The notes under the pieces: generated by a model
The model's input: only the letters and a program-made list of their open reading frames with translations
The model's database searches: none
Told to the model about the DNA's origin: nothing
Shown here: piece after piece, positions 13,179 to 27,200 of the stretch
Numbering within the stretch: position 1 is the stretch's first letter
How the letters are laid out: each line of letters begins with the position of its first letter
Translations under genes and position numbers: made by a program
Assembly (NCBI GenBank): GCA_965153285.1
Contig: OZ229110.1
DNA: 63,727 nt
Direction: 5' to 3' (one strand)
From: Podarcis tiliguerta
Lineage: Eukaryota

Positions 13179-13993
13179 CCTACGTAAGTTGACTCACTCT
13201 GAATTCTAACAATCCTTAGGAAAAATAGTTAACTGCAAATTGTGTTCAGAGAGTATATCAATACCCAACTGCAAAAATAATGCACCCTAAGTCCTAAATA
13301 CGGGGGTGGGGGAGCTGCACTTCAGAAAGCAACCTGTTGCCGCATAAAAATAGAAGCACAGAACTTTAAAACGTGACACTCCCATTCTTCCCAGCTGGTA
13401 ATTTCATTTTGGCTTTTATAAAATATATTTCAAAAAATTATTTCAACTTTGAACTGAAGCAAAGTTCCACCCTAACGCCCGTTATCTACTTGCATATAAA
13501 GTGCGGAAAGTATATACCACCAGTTGTTCATACTTATAAAGCAATGGTGATGCATGTTGTACCACCATACATGTAGCTATACTTCTCTATGCCCTATGCG
13601 CTATATGCCTGCTTCTTCTAATACATGTCTAGTATTGAATCCCAAATGATGGGTTTCCAAACCCCAAAGCATAGATTTGGTGCAAGCTATTTTGCACATT
13701 CCAAATGAGTGTCTTGCAATCAACTCAGTCTTCAAGTGAGTCAAGTGAGACTTTCCAACACATTGGCGCCCTGGCTTCCTTCATTTGTAAAATGAATGCC
13801 CAGCCATTTATATTCTTGCTGGGGAGATTTCACCGCGCTGGTTTGAAAATGGTTCTGAGTTTGCTGTTGTTGGTATTTTTTTCCCCTTTTGTGTTCCTCT
13901 TGCTGACTGACATCTGCTATCACGCTAAGCAGGTGTTCCTGTGTAAACGAACGTGCCATGTTTGTGTTTCGCTATCCTCGCTATTGCGCACCC

Positions 13994-14149
13994 NNNNNNN
14001 NNNNNNNNNNNNNNNNNNNNNNNNNNNNNNNNNNNNNNNNNNNNNNNNNNNNNNNNNNNNNNNNNNNNNNNNNNNNNNNNNNNNNNNNNNNNNNNNNNNN
14101 NNNNNNNNNNNNNNNNNNNNNNNNNNNNNNNNNNNNNNNNNNNNNNNNN
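13994..14149. other. Assembly gap (156 N)
   Basis: N run. Confidence 0.95.
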
Positions 14150-16079
14150 GTAATTTATAAATGAAATAAAGTTGGAGTTGGAGATTCAGTGGATGCGTGT
14201 GTTTCTCGTGAATTCTAAAAGAGCAAGCATAACATTGGCATTTTACTGGGGTGAATTCTGGCCAGCAATACCACAGCAGTTGCTCCTGCCACAAGACCTG
14301 ACTCACATTTGGGATTTTGTTTAGGCAACGAGTTAATATCCTTTACAAGGCTGGAGAAGGAGGCAGAGCAAGGCGGTGGGGTGAGAGAATAAGTACACAG
14401 ATATCTCTATAGGCAGTCTCTGATAAACAGGTTGGAGGAAATCTCTAAAGATCATACCGTTCATTTTTGGCTCAGTTCATTAAAAGGTATTGCAGTAAGA
14501 CGTCTATCCTTGGCTACATCCTGTATCTCCTCCACCTCGTCCCATTTCGACTAAAATAAAACATCATCGCAGGTCAAGTCCTCTGAGGAAAGACAGGATT
14601 AATCAGTTTAAAATGCTGTGTAGCATCACTTCAGCAAACCCCCCCCCCCTTCAAGAAACAGCAATGTTTCTGAAAACAATATTTTTGAACTAGAATGTGT
14701 CAAAAGGGGTGTATTGCAAATCACTGTTAAAGCCAGCCCTGAGAGCTTGTGTTTTAATTATGCCTCTCAACCCGGCTGAAGATATGTGGCAACTTTTGTA
14801 GCAGGAAAACATATTATTTGTTAGAGCATAAACTAGTCTGGAGGGGGGGGGGAGCTTGGATTTTATTTTATTTATCTCTCTCTGCCCCCCCCCCGCCCCG
14901 TTTCTCTTATGCAAGTGCTAGGAGTGCGGCCTAACTAATTTGCACAGGGACAAAATGAGTGGGCGAGTTACCAGAAGAACCATTGTACTATTCCCCCAGC
15001 ATATTATATAGACAAATTATATGATATGCAACTGGATATAATAGTATGTGCAGTTTCAACAGTTTAGCAACAGAGGATCTCACAACAGTAACAGGTGCAG
15101 TCTTTCTTAATTCTAATAACAGGAGGGAAAACACAAAGCAGGCTTGTGATTAGTGATAAAAATGGACTTTTAAAACTTGCATATTCACACATGAGCTTGT
15201 CACCTAAAGGGCCTCACAGGCATTTCCTGTGTGTTCAAGTTCAGTCTAAAGAAAACGTATTCACTTAAGAGATTTATTTCATTAACAGGTATTTATGTAA
15301 GCTGGGTTCTCTGCATATAAAATGCCTGAGCAATTTTCTTCCTCAGGTCACTTGCTTCAAGTTGACTAATTTTAATAAGGCTTAGGTGCCTAAGGTTGTA
15401 TTGAGTGCTTATTTTGATCAATATGGTTAAATTAAAATAGTGCAAAATATAAGCAAATGTACTCTAACAACTTTGTGAAAAATGAAAGTGCATTCTCAGC
15501 ATTGATTGGGGTGCTGAAGATATATTAATTCGTTGTTTTAAATACGTTGAGGCTATGCGGGGCAGGGGGGAGAGAATTGCATTAGACACCAAATACACCC
15601 ACACAATCCAAACACCAATGCAGCATATTCTATGCAGTGACTTCTTCCACTGACATACATAATAATGTACAGAATTTCATTTAAGGGTTATGGCCCATTT
15701 TATTTGACAGTCAGCCCATATTTATATGAGTTAGTTCTGTTTGGCTACTAGTGCTTCAACTGTGAAGACACCAATGCCTAACTGATGATAGTGCTACACA
15801 GTTAGAGAAACAGGCTGCTGTGTTAAGAGCTTGAGTCTGCCTTTCTCCTATAAACTAAGGACCAAACTGCACATGACACAGGGAGACATGTTGGTCATTC
15901 ACCTGCCTGCCCAGTTCACATAGAAAGAAGGGGGAAGGGGGTGTTACCATTTTTAGCTTTTTGAGTCCTTTTCATGTAAATAAAAATCAGGTTTTCTGCG
16001 TATGTGGAAAAGACAAAAAAAACTTTAATCCTGGAAACTTGTTGAAGCCCTCCTATCACAAAACGGACTTCCCCTAATA

Positions 16080-16294
16080 CAGTGGTACCTCAGGTTAAGT
16101 ACTTAATTTGTTCCGGAAGTCCGTACTTAACCTGAAACTGTTCTTAACCTGAAGCACCACTTTAGCTAATGGGGCCTCGCGCTGCCAGAGCACGATTTCT
16201 GTTCTCATCCTGAAGCAAAGTTCTTAACCTGAAGCACTATTTCTGAGTTGGCGGAGTCTGTAACCTGAAGCGTATGTAACCCGAGGTACCACTG
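16080..16294 (+). mobile_element. Tc1/mariner (Tigger/pogo-like) non-autonomous MITE, copy 1
   Basis: TIRs CAGTGGTACCTCAGGTTA / TAACCCGAGGTACCACTG with TA duplication at 16078-79 and 16295-96. Two more copies lie at 61158 and 62756. Confidence 0.92.
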
Positions 16295-17651
16295 TATAAG
16301 ATTATGGATGTCTTAAAGAAGGCATTTTCAGGAATACCAAAACTAGTTGCATGGATAAAACCACCTGCACTAAATAGAGAGGTACATAGGCACATATACC
16401 CATCATACAATCTTCTTAGACCATTTCATAACTCTGCTGAAGTGGGCTATGAAGTCACTATTACAATAGATTTGTCTCTTCAGTGATACAGTGGTACTAG
16501 CTATGGCAGTAGTTCTGCTACAGTTCAATGGAAGCATGCAGAACAAACTGCAGAGCAAACAGGTTGGAAAGTACAGACTGCCTCTGACCTCACATAGACC
16601 TCTGAAGACACTACAAATACTTGGACAGTAATTGTGATTACAAGTGGATATTAGACAATACTTTTCTCTTTTTAAATAACCAGGCTACTCTTCTCAGGGT
16701 TGCCCAATCAAAGCTGATCCCAAATCAAACCGCTGTTGGCAAGCAGATTTCTGAACTAGGAACGTTGTTTTATGGAAAAAGTGGACCACAAGGTAGGTTT
16801 TCAAAGAAGAGAACATTTGAAGAGAACAACTAGTCTAAAGGAACCATTGCTTTCCCCTTAATTCCCCACCCCAATAACAACAGTGTTTTAAGTTCTCCTT
16901 GGCTTAAACTAGTCTTCATGCCCAGATAAAATCGATTCTTCCATATATTAAAAAACATTCTATCCCAGATGCCTTTAGCCTTATAAAATAATCATTTTGT
17001 TTATGCAATGCATGAGGTCCCTTTCCTTCCCTAAAAAATCCAGGCCTGTCTATATTTTCCTTTTTGTTCCTGCTTAAGAATGGGGTTGCTGTGCTTTAAT
17101 TTCCAGTATCGGTCCTCACAAGGTAGTTTAGAAAGTGCTTTCTAAAATGCCCACAATTGCACCACGGCAATTGTTTTTTATTATATCATTTTAAAAGGCT
17201 GCTTGTATCACTTTCAGCTTCGGGGCATGTTTTCTAACCTTACCTGTTGTGCGATCTCTCTTCCCACTATCTCTGATCTCCTTACTAAGCAATCTGTAAA
17301 CTGCACTGTGTTTTCCAAGATAGCATCTCTTCCTACATGACAACAAAAATAATTTCTTATACTCAGAAGCTCATCTTATCAAAGGTAAATCAGCACACAC
17401 CAAAAATGAAGACATGAGGCGGGGGGGGGGATGGGGAAGAGTAAAAAATAAAAAATAATAAGTGACAGGAAAAACACACCATTTTAAAAGAAAAGGACGT
17501 GGGTTTACAAAGGACTTGGGTCCTTCAGTTTAAACTGAGGAAATAGGTGTTTAAGTAGCCAAAGCATTTCACATACTTACTTAGAATTATTAGCAGGTTG
17601 AAAAAACAGCACAAACTCCTTAGCTCACCATGCAACAAAAACATGCTGCAA

Positions 17652-17739
17652 GGCTATGATCCTATGTACATTTACATGGTAGTTCCATTTAATTCAGTGG
17701 GACTTAAACTCTGAGTAACTGCAAATCAAATTGGGCTGC
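17652..17739. mobile_element. ~85-bp palindromic MITE-like repeat (same family as 6010-6270)
   Basis: GGCTATGATCCTATGTACATTTAC...TTCAGTGGGACTTAAACTCTGAGTAA...GGGCTGC. Confidence 0.55.
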
Positions 17740-20246
17740 ATATCTTCTTAGCAATCATCTGAAGTAAGTAGGCCTGTTCAAGTTCAGAAGACTTGACTTC
17801 TCCATTTGTAGTCACGCCAAGAGAAATGCTTAGTTTTTGCTTTGCCGCATGGCAATCTTGCCCCCCCCCCCACTTCAGTGGTTCATGTGTTTTTTTGAAG
17901 ATTTTAATATCAAGGGTATTGCTCTGTAAACAAGTGTATGTTTACCGAGGCAGCTTCTCTTACACTCTTCCCTTGTAATCAGATGTGAAAATTACACCCT
18001 CCTTTTTGGATACATGATAATTGCACGTTTCAACATACAAAGAATTGTCTCTGTTTCAGTTGGTGGAATGAAGGGAAGAAAGAAAGGGGAAAGGAGCCCA
18101 AGGCATTCAGCAAAAAAATAAAATAAATTATTACGTTAAAGATCGCTGTCATTGCTCTTTTGGGGAAAAGTGAGGTTCATAATCAAAACTATGATCAAGG
18201 TAGTTTTACATTAAAATATATAGATACACGCAGAGAGTGAGAGAGAGAGTGGTGTTTCTGTACGCACAGAAGTGGAAAAAGTCACCCCTACGCCATTTCA
18301 ATCAAGACTGCATGCTTCATTGAAACCCCGCCTTAGTTCTGTTCTCAGAGTAATTTTAACTCTGAAAGTATTATTTATGGGATATTTTAACCAACATTCC
18401 CTTATATTTGATCCATTTGTATCTTTTTATTTCCTCTTTGCAGTTGTAATTTACTTAGTGGTAGGTAGCCAGTCCTCCTTTCCTTCTGCCCCCCCCCCCA
18501 GTGGTTTGTACCAATGTGTAGGAAATTCAGAATCTGATGCTTTGTTTGAGGTAGGTTGGTGAGAGTGAAAGAAAATAATTGTGCATGCAAGAATGACACT
18601 GACAAAAAGACAATGTTGCACCTTGATCGTTTCATGACATGCCTTCGAATTACTTTTAATTTTATCAGCACACCTTTTCAAATATGTCCCTCCAGCAAAA
18701 CAAAAGAAAAATCTTTTTTTAAAAAAACCTGATAATTTACTGTTTACCTCAAAATTTGGCATCATGTTGACAGATAAACTTCCACATCGAGTTGTGCCAT
18801 TTGTTCTGTACCACCAGGAATTAAGGAAGAAAGTAGCTGTCAAGTTAAACTATAACCAAGAAATAATGACTTATTTATCTAGATCAAGCAACTATTAGCA
18901 ACAGCAAGTTTGCCAGTTTTGTGGTTCTCTTTCCCCACTGCTTGCAATCAGGAAGTGCATTGTGACGGCTAAATCTGCCAGGAATAATAATTCACCAATA
19001 GGTTGACTTTAACTCAGTGGTTATGTCTCATCTTCACGTGGGACATATTCCCAAGCAAGCATGAACAGAACTGTAGCATCTTGATTGTTCTTTTTGATTG
19101 GTCCCCAAAGCCAGGAAGTAGCTCTTTAATGCGCATAATGCCAACTTTATGATGTACACCAACTCACATGCCCTCTCCTCCGGTCTGCTCAATGTAAGGC
19201 CACTCTCAGGTATTTCTGGTGGTCATCAAACATGGCTTATAGCTAGAATTGCACATGAGACTGCAAGGTCACATGATGCTCATCCAGACAATATTTAACT
19301 GAACTGCTGCATTAAAGTCATCCCAAGAAAACTATTTAAGATGACATCCTAGCCCCCTTCCACCAGAGTTTAGGATAGAAAGTGAATAAGAAGAGTGTGG
19401 CCCTTTGAGTCATCAAGGACGAAAACGCCAGATAATTACACCAGTTTGAGCTTTGCTAGGCACACTTACTACTGCAAAAAAGACTAAGGTATCTATAGTA
19501 ACCCAAAAGGCCTTAATTATACGGTGCACAGGAAAGGCAGCACCTGCAGCTGCACAGCACCCTTCAAATGCTATGTAGCTCCTTCTGGAAGAGGATTGAC
19601 TCAGAGGAGAGAGTGCCTCCTACTGAGTCATTAGCACACCCTCTGTTTCCTTTCCAGATTTCAGGAATCTTGTTTTCTTCTGGAGCGGGGTGGGTGGGTG
19701 CGATCAGAAAGGGAAAGGCACAGGAAGAAGACAACAGGCAAAGCGTTGGAGCAACAATAAACCAAGTAGCAACATGCGTTGCACTCTCAAAGTTTCATGG
19801 ACCCAATTCCATTGTGGGTGGACTTGGGGTCCATCATTTCTGTTTCTAGAGCAGCCAGAAAATGCTTTTAGGGAGAACTAAAAACAAAAATGCACCATGC
19901 GACTCGCCATAAATTGCATCCACGGAGGAGGAGGGCTTGTTCTTTGGCGAGTGCAGAACCTGTGTATCAGCTGCTACTTGAAACCCCTAACAGCCAACCT
20001 TGCGAAAGATGCTCAGGGAAAAGGCTCAGGATACTTATTGGAGGGTTAAAACTGGATGGGGTTTGTCAGTTTGATAGGGAAGGGAGCAGAACTGTAATGG
20101 GTGAGAAAGAGCCTGTGAAAAATGTTGAGAGCTGGTCTCATTTCTCAACAAGCACAGGTGAGGTAATCAAACCTGTGCCTGGACAGCATCATTTCAGACT
20201 ACAGGTGTGAGGCTCATATCACTAAAATACTCCAAAATAGAAAAAA

Positions 20247-20358
20247 ATATCCCTCCATACATAGGAAACTAGAATGTGAGGGGTGAATGCTATACTAGAA
20301 CTTTCCCCCCCTCACTTCCAGTTTCCTGTGTTGGTGTTTTGATTGTATGGTGAAGTAT
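20247..20358. repeat. Imperfect inverted repeat, probable MITE remnant
   Basis: Inner arms ACATAGGAAACTAGAATGTGAGGGG / CCCCTCACTTCCAGTTTCCTGTGT, with outer arms CCATAC / GTATGG. Confidence 0.55.
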
Positions 20359-23300
20359 TAAAAAAAAAAAATGGCGCCCACCAGCACCTTGATCCTGGGA
20401 AAAGGTTTACTATAATATTATCTGCTCTTTGTGAGAACTAATACTTAAGAATGGGATAATGGGAGAAATGAAGAATTGGAATGAATAGTGGCCGGCGTTA
20501 TGTTGCAGAAAGTTCCGTGTATTAAAGATACAAATGGCCACAGTAAGTAGCTACACAGGGAGGCATTTGCTCTTCCTCTATGCTTAGAAGCCCTTTCTAC
20601 CTTGAATAACTATTTCCATTTCCCTCTTATAGTCCAGGGAAAGATAAGGGCAGTTACAAGAGTTTTTGGTTTTGTAGGCTGTGGTGGCTGCAGTATTTCT
20701 TTTACGCAGAACGCTATACTAAAATCCACTACCTACACTTAGCTCAGCCCTTCTGTTAACAGACTGTATTCCTCCTTCATTTGTAACTGCTGTTAAATGG
20801 GGTAATAAAATTAAAGATGGTGCATTTGTATCTTGGAGGTATGTAAATCGGGAGTAGTGCCATTTGATCCAATGGATTTGTCCTAGGGCAAGAAGAATTA
20901 GGCCTTATGTCACCAAGAATATGAAAATTTCCCTAGGCTAGAGCAGGGGATTGCTGATTTCAGCACAGAGGTGACTTTTTGAAATTCCTTCTTCTATATT
21001 TCAAAAAGACCAGTTAGCCCATTATCAGGTTATAGGATTACAAAATTAACAGAGGGCAGCTGGCTTCAGAAGTCCCTCTTAGCCACAGTTCTCAACCCAA
21101 AACTGAAAATGTCAACAAATGTGAATTTGTGACATTTTGATATTGGCTGCTCCACCAATATGGAAGATATTTTAACAGATCACAATCCACTGTAAATCTT
21201 TGTGCAGTCCCCATTGATATGAATGGGAGCCATGCAAAAACACTGTAGTATTCTTGCATCATTTCAATGGTGCTTACGCAGGAAAAATCTCCAGTGAGTT
21301 GCATTTAGAATGGATTCTGCTGAAAATTTTTAGATCTTGTTGTTCATTTGGAGATAATGCCAGAACTTCCCTAGCTAACCAGAGTTAATCCAGTGTTAAT
21401 GGGCTTAATCCATCTGAACAGCCATTTTATAAATATCTGCAGTGGGCAAATGTTTAACCCCTTTGCTCACTAAAATCAGTAGTCCAACGGAATTGCCTAA
21501 GTCTGACATCAAAACTGAGGCCTGAGCAACTGTGGGTGAATACTTTCAGCCCTTGTGTGAATAATACATTTTGCAGAACCCATCTCTTCTGTTTATAAAG
21601 ACCAAAATCAAACACAGGGCCAAAGCCTATTCCAGTTTATGATGCATTAGGCACAAGGTGTAAGTTTCTGTAAACTGAATTATGAAAGAAGTGGACTGCA
21701 TAAGATATGACCCACAAGGCTGATCAATTTACGGATGAAGAGTGGTGCTTTTGTGGCACGCTGTGATTTTGTTGTATTTGATTTGGTGAAGGTTTACTCT
21801 TTCTTTTTTGTCTCAATCAAATCTTGGATTGGGTTCAGCATGGCTTTTGCAGGCGGATCAAAAGAGTAGGCTTTAGCCTTCGCCATCTATCTGAGAGGCA
21901 GTTCTGTAGTTGGTGGATTGACTGTAACGCCAAGCGGAACCAAGTTGACAAAAAGAAACATTCACGTCGGCATTAAAGCAAATAGTGGACAGGGAAGCAG
22001 CAGCTTTGGAAAACTGCCCTTCTGAAAAGCCCTTGCTGATGCTCACTCCCTTTGCTGTCTTTTTGCTAGTCTTAGGAGAAAGAAAAAGTTCTAGCATTAC
22101 TTTGGCTGCTGTGTGCAGAGTTAATATTCATTGGCTTTGACTGCTTTTGTGGGTTGTTTTTGTTGTTGTTTTACTTTGCGGAAATGACAAAGCTCTCTGC
22201 TAACCTGCCTATTGATATACCCTTGTTGCCTCTTTTCACAACACCACAGAGGGAAATTTTTGGAAGAACCCCCTTTACCCAGTAAAATCATCCAAACGTG
22301 ATTTTATTTTATTTTTTATTTTTTTAAATCAAGTTTCAATACTTGGTCATTAAGAGTGCTTCTTCCACAGCACAAATTTGTGATCTCTCTGGATAACAAA
22401 AGTTTGACATAATATATTGAAGGTATTTTTTTCCTTTCTCTCTCTCTTTTAAATGTCTTTCCCCTAATTTCATTTTATCTGCTGTTTACCATGCCAGTCT
22501 GACATGATATGATTTGTGCGTTGCAGGGTCACAACAAGCTACTTGCAGGACAATTTGCTGCATCAAGAGGGTGATTGTGTCTGGTGCCAGTCAGTCGCAA
22601 TTAGGCCCAGGATCAGGGAGGCCCAGAGCTTGTGTATCGTCTTGGGCAAGCTTCATAGAAATCAGCTCACCTGAAACTAATTGTCACAACAGAGACCTTA
22701 TGCAAATGAGCCCTAGGGTTAGCGTGGGAAAAGAAAAACTGTCGCAAGGATAGGTGACCTGCTGAGCGGGGGGTCTGTTGCTGGGGAAATCTTTGTTCAA
22801 TGAGTTAAAAAAAATGTTCTCATTGTTCCAAATCCAAGAAAACCTAGCATATACACTCGCTAAGAAAAGCGTGGCGAGCACACTCATCTGAAAGGGGCAG
22901 CCGGTTTTGGAGCAGCCTCTGGTAAATTCTTCACATAGCTAAGGCTGGGGAAGCAAAATTGCTTTTCTCTGCAAATATTCTTTTGAAAGTTTTGATTCGA
23001 GTCTGTAATCGATCATATCTTGAACATAACCTGTTGGCATCTGCTCTGCTGAGAGGCCCACATTGCCCATTATTGAAAGGAAAAAAAATGAGATATATCA
23101 GGAAAAGCTGTATCTTTCCTGATGAGAGGAGTCACTCAGAATGTCTTGAATAAGTTGCACATGCGGTCATTTTCATCCCAGCTTTAGAGACAATGGCTTA
23201 CATGGTGCAAGCCAGGCAAAAGGAACTCAGTCTGATTTCTGGCAAAACTTCCTTTCTATAGAAGTTGGAGCAGTTTGTTTCACAGCCTCTCCTATTGGAT

Positions 23301-24004
23301 GGGCCTGGTCGCAGGCAAGTAAAGAGTGATTTATGAATCTAAGGCCATGGCTGCTAACATTTGAATGTAAAAGCTGTCGTTTCTGATGTGCACCTATTTA
23401 CCTCCTCTCCTGTTCTCTAACAGATAAGAAGTAGGTTAGAACTATACGACAGTTCGTTCTTGCCTTCAGACAATTTTATGGTGGTTCTGAATACATTCTT
23501 TTATAAAATCTGATATTCAGAACATTGCCAGACTGCTTAGGTTTCTGTTTTTGCTGTCAATGGTATCAGAGCGTGTGACACACACACACACACACACAAA
23601 TACACAACCCTTCTGCAATAATCTGAATTTATTATGCTATTATAAACAGTTCTTTAGCTTTGCACTTAATATTTTCCACAGGATGCAAAACAAGTATATT
23701 CTTCAGCAAAAGTATTGTGCAGGCTACAGAGACAAAAGTAGCTTATTAGGATCATCACCCTCAAAAGAATAGTCATTTTCTTCAGCTCATAAATTGATGG
23801 TTGCTTTCACTGTTGCTGCTGTGAAAGAGATGGTGTTTGGGCATGGACCAGTTCAGCAAGCAGTGAAGTTGACTCGCTAGTCCCCAGTATCACAAAGCAA
23901 GGATGCCTTAAAATAGTGCAGCTTAATCACTGACTTCTCTCTCTCTCTTTTCATCTCTTTTGTCCCTTTTCCTCTGTCTGAAATAATTTCCACAAATAGG
24001 AGAC

Positions 24005-24312
24005 NNNNNNNNNNNNNNNNNNNNNNNNNNNNNNNNNNNNNNNNNNNNNNNNNNNNNNNNNNNNNNNNNNNNNNNNNNNNNNNNNNNNNNNNNNNNNNNN
24101 NNNNNNNNNNNNNNNNNNNNNNNNNNNNNNNNNNNNNNNNNNNNNNNNNNNNNNNNNNNNNNNNNNNNNNNNNNNNNNNNNNNNNNNNNNNNNNNNNNNN
24201 NNNNNNNNNNNNNNNNNNNNNNNNNNNNNNNNNNNNNNNNNNNNNNNNNNNNNNNNNNNNNNNNNNNNNNNNNNNNNNNNNNNNNNNNNNNNNNNNNNNN
24301 NNNNNNNNNNNN
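24005..24312. other. Assembly gap (308 N)
   Basis: N run. Confidence 0.95.
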
Positions 24313-24585
24313 GTCGCAATCTGTCTCAGGTGGGAAATCCTGGCAGGGCATCCATGAGTGACGGAAGGAAGCCTAAGAGTCTGAGCGCACACTATTTCTT
24401 TGTCTTTCTCTTAAGAATCTCAAAGTGATTCTTTTTGCTCCGCATCTCACGGATTGGACTATGAAAATCTTAAAGGAGCAAGAGCTTTCTAAGGGGAAGG
24501 GAAGAGTGGGGGGGGGAGCGGCTTAACTCTTTATTTCCCACAGCTGTGCCCATTTTCCTCCAGCTCACACTCAGTCACTTAAGGC

Positions 24586-24587
<2 letters not shown>

Positions 24588-24622
<35 letters not shown>
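24588..24622. repeat. (CA)n microsatellite
   Basis: Perfect dinucleotide run. Confidence 0.95.
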
Positions 24623-24624
<2 letters not shown>

Positions 24625-27200
24625 TAATGTAAGTCTTTCTACTTTTATGTAGCATTGTACATCTGTCTACCCATCTGTCTCTCAAGCCTCTCTCACACAC
24701 CAGAACAAGGTACCACCTGAACAATATTTTTTCACACAATGGCTCACTTCTGAACAGCTGAAAGCTGCTTTGAAGAGGGAAGAACTGTGGGAGAGGGAGA
24801 AAGCAGCATGCATTTAGGTCCCTTTTTTTGGTACGTAAACATGTGCACGTCTCTAAGAATTTGGGCTTTCAACAGTTAAGTGTATTTTACTGAACTTTGC
24901 ACTTCTGTATTGGCTGCCTGTTCCTTCCCCCGCCTCCAGCCCTCCAAATTATGTTGCTTTCAAGAAATAGAGCCGTAATTTCTAATATACCGCTGGAGTC
25001 TTATTGGCAGTGATTAAAGCTACGGAGTTAATGTCGGTTTATGGGTTATGTTTGGATTTTATTTTTATTTTTTGTTTGAAAAACACACACAAGGTTGTAG
25101 AAACCAATAAAAATAAACATACTGGAGCAGGCTGAACTTGCTGGTCTTTTAGTTTTTTGCTTAACAGTTGAAGTTTAGATTAAAACGAGCATTGCCGCTT
25201 TTAGAAAACTAGTTGACACTCCCACTTGATCATCTTTACTACGCAGTGGAATAATTAATATTTAAACATTCTAATAATGTGGATTGCTATACATGCACTT
25301 TTCAGCCCACACCACTATATATTTTATTGGGGAACCATGCCACTGTTTTCTTCAGGAATACAATTTTTAAAAAAGAAGAAGAAAACAAACCAAAGTTTAT
25401 TTTCCTCAGCAGGAGATGTTAGCTTTTGCAGTCATGGCGAGGCAGACCGCATTAGAACAAGACTAGTTCGGTTTATGATTAAAATTAAGTTGCATTAATT
25501 GGCAGAATAGAATACTATTTAGCAATCATTGGTTCGGACGGTGGGTTTGGCATGCATATATCCCTGCTATCTGCTGCATAGTATGATGAACTGTAATTTC
25601 TTAAAGTAGAATGAAATCCACTAGGGAGTCATAGATCTGTAAAACAATCCACTACTCTAACACATAAGCACACACACACACTCACTTGGAGCAAGAGACT
25701 GTTGAGGCATGATATTTTTTACTTGCAGCCTTCCTATAACTTCCTGATCTACAAGAGCAGGCTGTATTTCAAAAGCTTCCTCAATATTCCAGAATTTTGC
25801 AGATCTTTGGGCAAGAAAGTGTCTATATCTGGACAGCTTTATGCATTTAAAACTGCCCCATAAGAAGCCGGCTCATTCCCTGCTATGTGCATCTCACATG
25901 ATTGATTCCCCTATTTCTAGAGTATATTCTAGCATACAGAATATGACACTGTATTCTGGCATACATGCTAATTGTCCCATGTAGAAGTGGCAGTGAAACT
26001 TTTTGGCGTGCAGAATTTAAAGACGTGCTTTTCAGATCTCATTACAATGAAATACATCTTAGTAACCCTAGATTGACAGAGACCATATTTTGTAAGTAGC
26101 TCCCCTTACCCAAATGGAAGAAAACCATGGGCATAGAACTAGAGCTCAGTTGTCTGTATAGGAGAACTTCCTGTCGTAGGCTCATGAACGAAGGTGCCAG
26201 GGCAAAGATATTTTACTGTTACCTCCACATCTTCTTATTGTCCCTATCTGAATACTAGTTAGTTCATTTCGCAGCTAGCCTTATGAGACAAAAACTGAGT
26301 TATTAATTTGCAGATCAAAGGAGGGCCAGCCCACAAAACCAACATTTTCTGCACATAGCAGCAGTTCAAATGGTTAGATGTAGGTACACAACTACTTGTG
26401 ATTAGTAGGTCCTTTACTTTCTTTTAATGGGGATACTGCATTTCTGCACACACGTGGGGTCCCAATCCAGTGAAAGTTAGCTGCAACTAAATCTTGTTGA
26501 TATCAGTGGGACATGAAAATTTAACAGTATGCTTCTGTTCTGTTGGATTTCAGTAGGGCTGATTTGGGTTGGGTTGGTTCTTCCCTGGGTTGGTCCCTTA
26601 ACAAGAGCAAACTAAAGGAGGGAAGCCTTCCCCATAGGCCTTCCCATTCAAGACATTTACAAGGCAAAGAGCAAAGTTTTAACATGCAGCTCTGCCCCTT
26701 TGGAAGGTTTGGTCCATCTATCCTTTTAATCATGAGACAAATATGACAACGTGATGATGGCCACCAGGGTGGGGCTGGTGTGCAAGGGAGAGCTACACAC
26801 TCTTGGCAGGAATGTGGGATCACTGCAGACGGCACGGTATTTACTGTAATTTCTTCCATATCTCCTCTTCAACTCTGCAAAGCATTTCAGTCTGCGTTGT
26901 TTTGTGGAAAGCTCTACAGTGCTGAAAACAAAGTTGCATTGTGTCGGCAAAGACATGTGGGAGCTGCTATGCTGCCTGCATGCTGTATGCTCATAGGGCA
27001 GCGATGGGCGTGGGAGGTTTAAGGAAACAAATGAACTGCAAGCATGAAATCCATAATAAAGTCATTTAAAATGGGTTGTAATTTGGAGCTCCGCAATACT
27101 GTATGCAGGCACCCTCCACACACACACTAGAGAGAGATTTGTGGCCTGATTACTCGTAAAAGAAAGAAAGAGAAAGAGAGAAGGAGAAAGAGAGAAAAGA

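Noticed and set aside
18756-18840. Minus-strand exon (TTGACAG ... GAG|GTAAAC)
   Set aside because: Two frames contain stops, and the third gives an unrecognised peptide with a non-symmetric phase; splice signals are weak.
22700-22707. Octamer ATGCAAAT as an snRNA or immunoglobulin promoter
   Set aside because: Several octamers occur in the window at about chance frequency, and no PSE, snRNA or V segment follows.
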